This document shows positions 8,775 through 18,001 of a DNA stretch of 59,211 nt, piece after piece. Within the stretch, counting starts at the first letter, position 1; every line of letters starts with the position of its first letter. Source of the stretch: a virus (Duplodnaviria > Caudoviricetes); IMG/VR virus record IMGVR_UViG_3300036770_005043, positions 1 to 59,211 of that record, one strand, 5' to 3'. A program made the translations under genes and the position numbers. The notes below the pieces were generated by a model. That model was not told the DNA's origin. It saw only the letters and a list, made by a program, of their open reading frames with translations, and did no database searches.

Positions 8775-9677
8775 TTACTCCTTCACGTACTTGGCGTATT
8801 CCTCAAGGGGAACGCCCAGCTTTTTAGCAATTGCCACTTGACTTGGTGTCAACCTGACAGTGCGGCGTGCAGTGTTGTTGATCCCGGAAGCCCGGGAAGC
8901 GGGGGCGACCGTCTGCACGGTTCGGCCACCTCCGTTTAGCGTTCCGCCGCCATTTCCAAACTTTTGCGGAAATGCCTGACGAATACGTTTGTCAAGTTCA
9001 TCATAATACTCGTCTGAATTCGGGTCAACGCCCTCCACTTGAATCAATTGGCGGTGGATGCCCCACGCAGCGTGGGTCATGACGTTGTCCTTACCGTACC
9101 AATTGTTGCGCTCGGCCCACTCTTCCGCCCGCGGGTCGACTTGGCGAGCCTGTTGTACCGGTTGTTGTACCGGTTGTTGAGCTGCGGCCGCTTGTTGAGC
9201 TGCCAACTGCTGGTAATAGGCCTGACGCTGGGCCTCGGCCACGCTGATCTGGCTTTGCTCCATCGTCAAAGCGGTCAAACGCTGCTGGGCCTCGGTTTCC
9301 GTATCTACATCGCCCTCTTCGCGGGCTTTGCGGATAATTTGCTTGAGGGCTATGGCCTGCGTTTCGACGCGGCTCTTCGCCTCGTACAAACGCGCTTCGT
9401 CCGTCTTTTGGTAGCGCTCCTCAAGCTGCTGCGCATGAGCTTGGACTTGCTTGGCATAGTCCAAAGCAGCCTGTTCGCGACGTTGCGTCTCGCGCAGGCG
9501 CGCGGTCAGCTTGTCAATGCGCTTCTTGACCTTGTCGCCGTACTCGTCCAGTTCGCCTTTTTCCGGCTTTTCCGGAGCGACATCGCGAGCGACAGGGTTC
9601 TTGTCGTCCTCGGGTAACTCAACGGTTGCAGGGGATTCGTCTTCCCCTACGTTGTATTCCAATTCCTGATCGTTCAT
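8775..9677 (-). CDS. Putative capsid scaffolding protein
   Basis: Acidic N-terminus, coiled coil VKKRI.KLT, W...N.W.G, C-terminal LTPSQVAIAKKLGVPLEEYAKY. Confidence 0.75.
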   Translation of the reverse strand: MNDQELEYNVGEDESPATVELPEDDKNPVARDVAPEKPEKGELDEYGDKVKKRIDKLTARLRETQRREQAALDYAKQVQAHAQQLEERYQKTDEARLYEAKSRVETQAIALKQIIRKAREEGDVDTETEAQQRLTALTMEQSQISVAEAQRQAYYQQLAAQQAAAAQQPVQQPVQQARQVDPRAEEWAERNNWYGKDNVMTHAAWGIHRQLIQVEGVDPNSDEYYDELDKRIRQAFPQKFGNGGGTLNGGGRTVQTVAPASRASGINNTARRTVRLTPSQVAIAKKLGVPLEEYAKYVKE

Positions 9678-9692
9678 CTCGGGGATCTCCTG

Positions 9693-10157
9693 TTACATGT
9701 GCAGAATGTCTTCGGGGTCGTGGATTTTTCCCAAGACCTCGTCGTCATTGATAAGGCGGATCTCTCCGCCATCGATGGGGATGCGTGCACCGGCGTAGCG
9801 GCCAAAGATGATCCAATCACCTTCCGCGCACCACGCGCCGGTTGGGAATTTGGACTCATCGGCATAGGCCAAGGGACCGAGTTTGAGGACGTAGCCACAA
9901 ACGGTCGCCAGGTTCTGTCGCCTTTGGGTTTCCTCAGCCAGCACGATGCCGCCTTTCGTGCGCTCTGCGCCACGGTACGGGAGAATGGCCATACGCCATC
10001 CCGTAGGATCCGGAATGCGCTTGAGCACAGAGGCATCGAGCTTGTTGGGGTCAAACCCTTCTTGGGTATACGCATCATCCAACGTGGGCACTTTGTTGGC
10101 TTCCTCTTCCTGCCACTTTTGTTCAAGCGCGGTGAGGGGTTTTGCTGGGGTACTCAT
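9693..10157 (-). CDS. groES: Co-chaperonin GroES (Cpn10)
   Basis: PTGWR..ILP...TKGGIVL...G.V.K.GP.AY, GDW..FGRYAG.RI..DG.E.R..NDDEVLG motifs. Confidence 0.9.
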   Translation of the reverse strand: MSTPAKPLTALEQKWQEEEANKVPTLDDAYTQEGFDPNKLDASVLKRIPDPTGWRMAILPYRGAERTKGGIVLAEETQRRQNLATVCGYVLKLGPLAYADESKFPTGAWCAEGDWIIFGRYAGARIPIDGGEIRLINDDEVLGKIHDPEDILHM

Positions 10158-10167
10158 AAGTCTCCTG

Positions 10168-10368
10168 TCAGATTGAAAAGCCGTCGTCGTCCGTTCGTGA
10201 CTTCAAAAGCGTCTTCACGGATTCCTCTGCCAGCTTCAATCCTTCAAGACGACCCATCATGAAGCGATAACGCTCCATGTCAGCAATCGTGCCGTTCAGG
10301 ATGATTTCTTCCGAGCTTTGTCGGAGCTTTCTAAGCTCTTTGAGAACTGCTTCTGCAAAATCAAGCAT
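10168..10368 (-). CDS. Conserved hypothetical protein
   Basis: D.ERYR..MGRLEGL helical motif typical of the portal-GroES interval. Confidence 0.75.
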   Translation of the reverse strand: MLDFAEAVLKELRKLRQSSEEIILNGTIADMERYRFMMGRLEGLKLAEESVKTLLKSRTDDDGFSI

Positions 10369-10382
10369 GGGTAGGTTCCATG

Positions 10383-10421
10383 AAAAGCAGACGGTTTAGC
10401 GCACCGTCTGATAGCGCTTTT
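10383..10421 (-). promoter_or_regulatory. Hairpin leader with twin GCGCTA motifs
   Basis: AAAAG-C-GCTAT-CAGACGGT-GCGCTAA-ACCGTCTG-CTTTT on the minus strand. Confidence 0.5.
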
Positions 10422-10423
10422 GA

Positions 10424-10672
10424 TCAGTATATCTTAACGGGGCGGTTGCCGTCCTTTTTCTTGACGGTACGCACAGGCCCCATCACGCCGCCTTTGCCCT
10501 TCTTGCGAGCGCGGCCGGCTTCCGAATACGCAATCGCAGCCGCCTGCTTTGCCGCAGCGCGCTTGCTCTTAGGCTTGCTCGTGCCAATGCGGCCGGTACG
10601 GCCAAACGAGCTCATCATCTCGCCAATGTTTTCACTGACGACCTTGTTGCTTCGACCCTTTTTAAGCGGCAT
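10424..10672 (-). CDS. Small basic protein (MPLKKG...S.NI.E...KQA.AIA family)
   Basis: Likely true start MPLKKGRS at 10672, inside the longer called ORF; contains KGKGG. Confidence 0.75.
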   Translation of the reverse strand: MPLKKGRSNKVVSENIGEMMSSFGRTGRIGTSKPKSKRAAAKQAAAIAYSEAGRARKKGKGGVMGPVRTVKKKDGNRPVKIY

Positions 10673-12998
10673 TGCGGCCTCCTTGTGCCTTAGCCATTTG
10701 AAGTTGCAGTTTCTGCTGATCGATCTGCATCGACTGCTGTGCCTTTTGCGATTCAAGCTGTAGCTTCTGCTGATCCAACTGCATCTTGGCCTGATCGGCC
10801 GCGGCGCGTTGATCCAGTTCCTGTTTCTTGAGCGCGACCAACGGGTCTTCGCCGCCGCCTGCCGCTTCGCCAGAGAGCTGGCCTTGCAGGGCTTTGACTT
10901 CCTGCATGTAGGTTGCGCAACGGATCGCGACCATGCCTTCTTTTTGCAAAGCGGAGACCATGCGGTTGGGATCTGTCCCATAGGTTTTGAACAAGTCCGC
11001 TTCCACGTCTTCTTCGGCCTTGATACGAATGTGCTCGAGGATGTGCTGCTGGAGTTCCATGGCCGCCATGGGATTCGACTGAAGAATCGGCGACATGCCC
11101 ATCATCAAGTGGTTGACGATATGCGCATCGTGCTGTTGGCCGGCAAACGCCTTCAGTTTCATCCCGTTGAGTACAGACGAGTTCTCAGAGGCAGGGTCCC
11201 GCGGCATTTGATTGTTTTGCGGAACCAAAATCCCGTCGATATCTCGCACATTGAGCGCCGCGTACACGCGATAGTACGCTTCGTACATGTTGTGCATCTG
11301 CGGAGCGCTTTGCGCCATCTGCAATTGCATCTGTGCGAGCTGAATCCGCTGCGCGGTGCTGAAAATGTTGGGGTCGGCGACCGGCAACACGGAGACCATG
11401 TTGTCGAAGTCCGTGCGCTTGACCTTGCGGCTCGCTCCCGGCACGTCGTACGGGTACTCGTCCGGCATGTACATGCCGAAACCTTCAAAGAGTAGCCGAA
11501 ACTCCAACGACTGCGCGTAGTGCAGGCGTTTGTGGATAGCCGACATGACCATTGAGCCGCGTTCCAAGAGCGCGAGCGTCGTTCCCACCTGCGCGTACTG
11601 GTTTCCGTCGCCCACCTGCATGTCCGCGGTGCTGGAAAGGCGCTTTCCGGCGTCCACCAAAAAGCCAAGCAGCGAAAACAGCACTTGGCTCGGCTCTTTG
11701 TACGGCAGCGGCAGCAAAGAAGACTGCAATTCCGCGCCACCGGCGTCAATGTCACGCCATTCGCCAGGCTGGATCGGATCTGAGTCGTCCGCAATGCGCG
11801 CACCCTTGGCTTTGAAGCCCGCGGGCAGGTTAGCGAGCGTTCCTGCGTCCAAAAGTTGGCGCAATGCGCTGCTGGACGCCTTGGAAAGGCCGCCAATCAA
11901 GTGCACGAAGCCCAAACCGTAGGCGCCGGGGCCTTCGACGAGCACGTAATGCACAAAATAGTTGCGTCGGCAGCACTCTGGGTCGCCTTCGCGCCAGTTT
12001 CGGCGGATTCCAACGACCTGAAGCGTGTCTTCGGCCAGTGTCACGACGTACGGAAGCTTAATTCCGGTTGGTTCGCCGTCTTCATTGACGTCTTCAAAGC
12101 CCGGAATGTCCAAATCGACCAGCATTTCAAGCAAAAAGATCTCGCCGACCTCAGAAGTCGGCTGAATTCCGACGATTTTGTCGACGGCTTCTTGGATTTG
12201 ATCGCCGCTTGCGGGCATCGACTGGTCGTCTATGGCGATATCAAGGTATTCGCCTGCGACAACGCGCTTTCGGAACTCGTTGGAGTCCATCGCAATGCGA
12301 TGAGTAAGCCGTGGGCACTGCGAAACGACGCTCGAACCGCTGTACGGGATGTAAACATCGTCCGCCAAACACAGTTTGGAGACCATTCGGCGCAGTTGTT
12401 GGTCGTAATAGACCTTCTTGAAGGTCGATCCGCCGTATCCGGTGTAGTACAGGAGCTGATCAAATTCCGGTGTGTACTCTTCCATCACCGTCGTGATCTG
12501 ATAATTCATGAAATCCTGCACGCGAGAGGCCTGCTGAAACTTGTCCACGGTCTCTTTGCCCAGGATTTGCGTGCGGACGGGGCCGCCGGCGGGCATCAGC
12601 TCCTTAAATGCCTGCGATTGGAACTGAATAATGGCCTCTTGCAACATCGGATGGGCCACGCCCGACGCACCGCGGAAGGGGCGGGTGCGCTCTTCCATGC
12701 GAAGACCCAGCAGATCCAGGCCTTTGGCGTACATCTGCTCCCAATCCGAGCGCGATCCCTTGTCCGCCTCGAACATCGCCGACACGTCTAACGCGATACG
12801 GCTCAGGACGAGCGGGTCGATAACCTCGGCAAGGTTGGCGTAGAAGTCGACTTCCTTCGCCGTCTCCTCTCCAATCTCGATCGTCGCGCCACCTTCCTCG
12901 TCCAAAATGACTTCGACGTCCGGCAAAGGCGCTTCGCCCTCGGCAATGACCAAGATGCCGCCGTCAGGCGCGGGGTTAACTGATTTATCAATTGGCAT
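10662..12998 (-). CDS. Portal protein
   Basis: SR.DWE..Y..GL.LLG, PF.GASGV.HP, GS.FKKVY.D, LRQL.DAGTL.NLPAGFK motifs; C-terminal Q-rich coil. Confidence 0.9.
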   Translation of the reverse strand: MPIDKSVNPAPDGGILVIAEGEAPLPDVEVILDEEGGATIEIGEETAKEVDFYANLAEVIDPLVLSRIALDVSAMFEADKGSRSDWEQMYAKGLDLLGLRMEERTRPFRGASGVAHPMLQEAIIQFQSQAFKELMPAGGPVRTQILGKETVDKFQQASRVQDFMNYQITTVMEEYTPEFDQLLYYTGYGGSTFKKVYYDQQLRRMVSKLCLADDVYIPYSGSSVVSQCPRLTHRIAMDSNEFRKRVVAGEYLDIAIDDQSMPASGDQIQEAVDKIVGIQPTSEVGEIFLLEMLVDLDIPGFEDVNEDGEPTGIKLPYVVTLAEDTLQVVGIRRNWREGDPECCRRNYFVHYVLVEGPGAYGLGFVHLIGGLSKASSSALRQLLDAGTLANLPAGFKAKGARIADDSDPIQPGEWRDIDAGGAELQSSLLPLPYKEPSQVLFSLLGFLVDAGKRLSSTADMQVGDGNQYAQVGTTLALLERGSMVMSAIHKRLHYAQSLEFRLLFEGFGMYMPDEYPYDVPGASRKVKRTDFDNMVSVLPVADPNIFSTAQRIQLAQMQLQMAQSAPQMHNMYEAYYRVYAALNVRDIDGILVPQNNQMPRDPASENSSVLNGMKLKAFAGQQHDAHIVNHLMMGMSPILQSNPMAAMELQQHILEHIRIKAEEDVEADLFKTYGTDPNRMVSALQKEGMVAIRCATYMQEVKALQGQLSGEAAGGGEDPLVALKKQELDQRAAADQAKMQLDQQKLQLESQKAQQSMQIDQQKLQLQMAKAQGGRNAA

Positions 12999-13039
12999 GT
13001 TGGTATCCTAGTCAATCAGCGCGTTGAAAACAACGCGGG

Positions 13040-16000
13040 CTAGTCTTGATCGCGGAACAAGCGACGAACAAACTCTACAAGCTGTTGGTTATCCATGCCT
13101 TGCACAAAGTTTTCCGCGCCCGGGACATCTTGTGGAGCCTGTGGCAGTTGACCAATACCTTGTTGCTCAGGCGGAACTTGCTGGACGGGCGGCGCTTGTT
13201 GTTCGGGGGCCTCTCTTCCGATTGGCTGAGGCTGGCCCAAACGCGCCCTGACGTTAAACCTTAGCTCGTCCGCCTTTTGTTTTTTATAGGCCAACGCTAA
13301 CGGAGGAAGAAACGAGTCGCTCTCGTTAATGTTTTGGATCCCAAGCTTGTTAAAAAGACTTACTAACTCTTGACCATAGGGGGCCGGCATTACGTTGCCT
13401 GTTGCACGTCCAGCTCCACGAATCTGAGAAGCAACTTTAGGAGCGCCCGGAATATTAAAGACTTCAACGGTAGTAACGGGGCGCCCTCGTTGGTCACGAA
13501 GTGAATATATCTCTACTTCTCCGTCTAAAAACTGCTGGTGCTTTTGTGGGCCATACATTCCGTCTCTTGCATACCCGCCAACGGAATGACCAAGGTATGC
13601 GCCCTCAATCGCGGTAGCTTCTGCGTCTGTGATTCTTCTCCAAGTAAATCCCGGGTGGGGGGCGCTTTCAGGATAGGAAATTAAAGGCTCACTTACCCCT
13701 TCTAGGTATACCTTTGGATCAACCGGCTTGTTGTCTCTGATTCGTTGAACAACCGCCTGACGTGCTCGTATTTGTTCTGTCTTTTTAACAGATCCTTTGA
13801 TGGCATCCTCGTACCGCAGTTTTTTAATTTCGCGAGGGGATAACGTCGCCAAATAATCAATCAACTCTTTTTCACTAAGGATTTCTTTAAGAGCAGGGTC
13901 TATTGTCCTAACATCGTATATAGGTTGGCCTTTCTCAATGGCTGTTCGCAGTGACTTGGGCAGGGTGGAAGGATCGGCTAAGGCTAGGGCCGCCATTTCT
14001 CTGCTAGGGGTAGTGTAGTCAGCGGATACTAGCAATTCCTTCGGACTAGTGAGGGCCTTGGCTTGTTCAGGATGCACATAGCCTACGTAGGAAACGTCCG
14101 GGTTTACTTCGGTTGCGCGAACCCCCTCATTAATTAACTTTTGCTGCATAAGCTCTTTGAGGTCTCGTTGAGCTGTGCTTACTTGATCAGTCACAGAATA
14201 CCGACCGGTGGGCGTTCCTATTGTTTCTCTGCCTATAACTGTCCCTTTCATGCCCGTCATTCGATCGTAAATACGATTGATGTCTTCTAGTGCTTGAACT
14301 GCACCGCGGCTTGGGAAAAAACGGGTTTCTCCCGTTTCGGGATTAACGCGGCTTTTGCCCTCTCGTGCGCTAGACACAAGATACTCCCGTATTCCACCGG
14401 GTTGGTTTAGCCGTTCGGTCGAAATCTTCCCTGTTTTTATGGCTTCAAAGATAGGATCATTCTTTGTCCCAAACTGATTGGCATAGTAGTTCCTAACTTT
14501 TGTGTTAAGAAAATCTGCGATTGCGGACGTCTTTTCGGCGTCCATGCCCATTTGAACCCGAAGTTGATTAACATATGTCAAAGCATCATCAATTGTCCTG
14601 GCTACATAGCCCATTGGGGCCCATGATTTGTATTCAGGGGCCTCTCCCACTAACAGCCCGGGAGAGGCAGGCGCTGCGGTTCTTTTTTCAATGGGGACAG
14701 GTGGCGCGTCCGGGAAATCTAAGACGATGCCGTCTCCTGTAGGACGAACTACTTCAGAGCGGGGGGTGCCTTTGGGGACGGGCAGTGGGACGTTCTCGCC
14801 CAGCATTTGCGCAAAGGCCTCGGGGCTTGACGTACCTTGTTTGAGGTAATCGGATACCGCAGCAAGCGCTTTAGCCGCTTCGCCCTTGGGGTCCCCTTTC
14901 GCGCGCTGAGCGGCGGCAATAAAGGCGTCCACCGATTGGGTGTCCATAGCAGGGGCTTGGCCGCGAAGTTCTTCTGGAGATAGTTCACGAATCTTCTGTA
15001 ACGTGCCACGGCCGAAGTCCAGCACTTCGCCGGGTAATGCCGCTAGGCCCCGTAACTGATCCATGAGCCCTGATCCAAAGGCCCCGACTGTACCGGCTAC
15101 GCGAGGGGCTGCGAGGGCCGCTTCTTCAATCTGGTCGGCGTCTGGGTTCATCAAACGCATCAAGCGACGCAACTCTTCTTGGGACGTCTCTCCCGTTTCC
15201 GGGCTGCCTTCGGCGCGTTTAACGGGCGGGATGGTGATGCTCACCGGGCGTCGTACTCCGCGTTTTTGAGCAAGCCAGACTAGGGGGTTATCAGAAAGTG
15301 CGATGTCCCCTTCGTAGTCATATACGTCGTTTACCTGAATCGACCCGTCAGGCATGCGCTTAAACCTAAAGGTGCCTAACGTGTTTCTGAGACTCCCAGA
15401 CGGTCCGATATTAAAATCGGAATCCAAGACGTCCAGAGGCAGGCTACCGTCCGCCATGTTGCGGCGAATGAACTCACGGTGGTGAGCGTAGCTCGCAATG
15501 CCCGGCAGCTCTTTCCCCGTCTTTTTGCTTCTTACCGGGTTCTTTTCTGCGAGATCAATAAACGCCCGCAGCTTCTCCAGTTCTTCTGAAGAAAAGTCCT
15601 TAGTCGTCAGCGGCGCTTGTTTTTTTTTATTGCTCAAGACGGATTCCAGGTACGTCCGTACCTGAAGGGGTAGGATAGCGGAGTCCGCTTCACCGCCTTC
15701 TGCAAAGCGGCGGGTCATCAGGTCACCCATGCGGCTTAGGGTTTCTTTGCCAAAAGTGTTACGCATCAGATCCTTCGCTGACATCGCATCGCGCGAGCGC
15801 ACGTTCTCCGACATCTTCAAAAGTTCTGCCAGGGTGTCGGGTGCGCGCTCTGGCCCTTGGGCCGTGGTCAACGACTCAAGCTCCATGGCCATACCCTTCG
15901 CAGTGCCCTTGTCCGTCTTCTTCTCGATCGGACGACGCGTCGTGCGCTTAACGGTCTGCGACACAGGGGTGGACGAGAACTCAGTGGTCGAGGTTCCCTC

Positions 16001-17977
16001 GCCAGACTTCAACGCGTTCAGGAGCGCACGCGCTGACTCAAAGTTTTTGATAGAGTCCTTGTAGGTTTCTTTGGCCTCGCCCTTGAGCAAATCTTCCAAG
16101 GTGACGTCGCCACCTTTGGAGTAGCCCGGCGGACGGACCGCGCCGGGTGACAGGATGATGTTCCCAAAACGATCCGTGTAGTAGCCTAAGTTCTCCGCGC
16201 CGCCTAAGATCGTTGGCGAGAGATTCGGGTTTGCGGCGATCGCCTGCAAAGGCAAATCGCTCGTGCGGAGGCTCGGCAAATCCATGCTGGTGGGAATCGT
16301 CCCCGGCGTGAGTCCGCCTGGCGTTGGCGTGAAGTACGGGGTCGAGGTTCCCGCGCCCGGGGGTACAGGCAGTGGATTGGCAATGTAGCCCGGGGTCGGG
16401 ATGTCCGTCACCGGGATGCCGCCAGAAGTTGGAGGCGGGGTGCTAGAGATCGGGGGCGGCGTGTAGATCGGAATGCCGCCGACATCAGAGGGCGGGGCGG
16501 GGATGCTGACGTCGGGGCCTTTTGTGCCACCGCCCCCGCGCGACGGACCGCCGGGCTTCCCGCCGACGTCCTTACGCAAGCGAGCGATGAGCCGGCCGAT
16601 GTCCGAGTTGGGGTCGACCGTGCCGATCAGGTCAAAGAAACTCGGGCCACGGGGACGCTGTATGCCCGGCTTTTCATCGCGGTCATCGACCCCGTTGTTA
16701 TTGGCATCGATGAAATCGCCTGTGCGAACGCCACGATCCTCTTCTACGGGAGGTTGGATTCCTCGCGAAGGCGGCGTTGGGGGCGGAGGCGGTGGCTGCG
16801 GCAACGGGCTGTCGATTAAGCCCGGCGGGACCACGGCCGCAGGAGGGGGCGGGGGTGGAACAGGAGCAGGCGCCGGTACGGATGCCGGTGGGGGCGGGGC
16901 CGGTGGTGGAGGAGGCGGTGGGGTGACAATAGGCGTCACCGGAATAGGTGGTTCCGGCTCTGGTTCTGGTTCCGGCTCTGGTTCTGGTTCCGGCTCCGGA
17001 GGGGGCGGCGGGGGCGGCGGTGGCGGGGGCTGGCTCCCCGGCGGGCCTTGTGTCCAATCGTACCCAGACGGCAGCATCTGACACGACTGGCTAATCGGAT
17101 TGAAGTAATATCCCGGCGGGCAGCCACCACCGAGATCGGGGTTGCTGCGGGGGTCGATGCCGCCAGGGGTCTGTGTTAGGTCCTGCCGGGCTCGTTCCTG
17201 AGCGGCGCGGGCTTGTTCCGCGATCCGCTGTGCTTGGGCGACACGAGCGGCTTCGGCTTGGCGGATTTGTTCCAGCCGGTCTCGCTCTTCCTGTGCCGCC
17301 CGTTCTTGGGCCACGCGGCGGGCTTCTTCTTGCGCAGCGCGGGCAGCGGCTTCTCTCTCCTCGCGATCCCTCATTTGTTCCTGAGCGCGGCGGGCAGCGG
17401 CTTCTTCCTGCGCACGACGGGCGGCTTCCTGCTCTTGAGCGCGGCGAGCATTGGCGGCTTCCGCTTCACGCATCTGGCGGGCGATTTCCGCCTCACGCGC
17501 CTGCTGGCTCATATCCTGATACGGCTGCGTGGGCGCGGTCGGAGTGAAGCCGGCGAAGTCCGCGAGTTCTTCTGCCGCGGTTCGTGGGCCTTGAGCCACG
17601 GGCCGTGTCGCAGGGGGCGGAACGGTGATGGTCTGGGCCGTCGCTCGAGTCGGCGGTAGGCCGGGCATCTGTGCCGGCGGTCCACCAAAGGGAGGCATCG
17701 GTGCAGTGGGGGCTGTTGGATCAGTCGGTGCTGTTGGAGGAGCGGTAGGCTGTTGGGCCTGTTGCTGCGCTAAAAGACGGTTAAGCGCATCGTACGGAAT
17801 GAAAAAATACTCTGGCAATCCGGTCTGCGGATTAACTGTGCCACTGCCGCCCATAGCGGACAGCATCTGCCGAGCAGACGGGGAGAGATACGCCAATTGC
17901 GTATCGCCATAGCGTCCGGCTTCTGCCAGACGGCGGATCAATGCCGCTGTGTTGTCTTTCACTATACTACCCCGCAA
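13040..17977 (-). CDS. Giant mosaic (polyvalent-type) protein with Pro-rich N-terminal half and C-terminal PcfJ-like domain
   Basis: 1645-aa ORF between TerL and portal; C-terminal EG..LGHSVGGY...IYSLRD..G.P..TVEV...QIRG..N pattern; start codon uncertain (TTG 17977 or a nearby GTG). Confidence 0.7.
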   Translation of the reverse strand: MRGSIVKDNTAALIRRLAEAGRYGDTQLAYLSPSARQMLSAMGGSGTVNPQTGLPEYFFIPYDALNRLLAQQQAQQPTAPPTAPTDPTAPTAPMPPFGGPPAQMPGLPPTRATAQTITVPPPATRPVAQGPRTAAEELADFAGFTPTAPTQPYQDMSQQAREAEIARQMREAEAANARRAQEQEAARRAQEEAAARRAQEQMRDREEREAAARAAQEEARRVAQERAAQEERDRLEQIRQAEAARVAQAQRIAEQARAAQERARQDLTQTPGGIDPRSNPDLGGGCPPGYYFNPISQSCQMLPSGYDWTQGPPGSQPPPPPPPPPPPEPEPEPEPEPEPEPEPPIPVTPIVTPPPPPPPAPPPPASVPAPAPVPPPPPPAAVVPPGLIDSPLPQPPPPPPTPPSRGIQPPVEEDRGVRTGDFIDANNNGVDDRDEKPGIQRPRGPSFFDLIGTVDPNSDIGRLIARLRKDVGGKPGGPSRGGGGTKGPDVSIPAPPSDVGGIPIYTPPPISSTPPPTSGGIPVTDIPTPGYIANPLPVPPGAGTSTPYFTPTPGGLTPGTIPTSMDLPSLRTSDLPLQAIAANPNLSPTILGGAENLGYYTDRFGNIILSPGAVRPPGYSKGGDVTLEDLLKGEAKETYKDSIKNFESARALLNALKSGEGTSTTEFSSTPVSQTVKRTTRRPIEKKTDKGTAKGMAMELESLTTAQGPERAPDTLAELLKMSENVRSRDAMSAKDLMRNTFGKETLSRMGDLMTRRFAEGGEADSAILPLQVRTYLESVLSNKKKQAPLTTKDFSSEELEKLRAFIDLAEKNPVRSKKTGKELPGIASYAHHREFIRRNMADGSLPLDVLDSDFNIGPSGSLRNTLGTFRFKRMPDGSIQVNDVYDYEGDIALSDNPLVWLAQKRGVRRPVSITIPPVKRAEGSPETGETSQEELRRLMRLMNPDADQIEEAALAAPRVAGTVGAFGSGLMDQLRGLAALPGEVLDFGRGTLQKIRELSPEELRGQAPAMDTQSVDAFIAAAQRAKGDPKGEAAKALAAVSDYLKQGTSSPEAFAQMLGENVPLPVPKGTPRSEVVRPTGDGIVLDFPDAPPVPIEKRTAAPASPGLLVGEAPEYKSWAPMGYVARTIDDALTYVNQLRVQMGMDAEKTSAIADFLNTKVRNYYANQFGTKNDPIFEAIKTGKISTERLNQPGGIREYLVSSAREGKSRVNPETGETRFFPSRGAVQALEDINRIYDRMTGMKGTVIGRETIGTPTGRYSVTDQVSTAQRDLKELMQQKLINEGVRATEVNPDVSYVGYVHPEQAKALTSPKELLVSADYTTPSREMAALALADPSTLPKSLRTAIEKGQPIYDVRTIDPALKEILSEKELIDYLATLSPREIKKLRYEDAIKGSVKKTEQIRARQAVVQRIRDNKPVDPKVYLEGVSEPLISYPESAPHPGFTWRRITDAEATAIEGAYLGHSVGGYARDGMYGPQKHQQFLDGEVEIYSLRDQRGRPVTTVEVFNIPGAPKVASQIRGAGRATGNVMPAPYGQELVSLFNKLGIQNINESDSFLPPLALAYKKQKADELRFNVRARLGQPQPIGREAPEQQAPPVQQVPPEQQGIGQLPQAPQDVPGAENFVQGMDNQQLVEFVRRLFRDQD

Positions 17978-18001
17978 GGCCCTCCCGCGTCATTCTAGCC
18001 G

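Noticed and set aside
6960-12791. Long plus-strand ORFs antisense to capsid and portal genes
   Set aside because: Shadow ORFs expected from GC-rich codon bias; no motifs or RBS
16780-17040. Poly-Pro/PE tract as eukaryotic contamination or a G-quadruplex element
   Set aside because: In frame within the 1645-aa ORF with varied codons; explained as a protein linker
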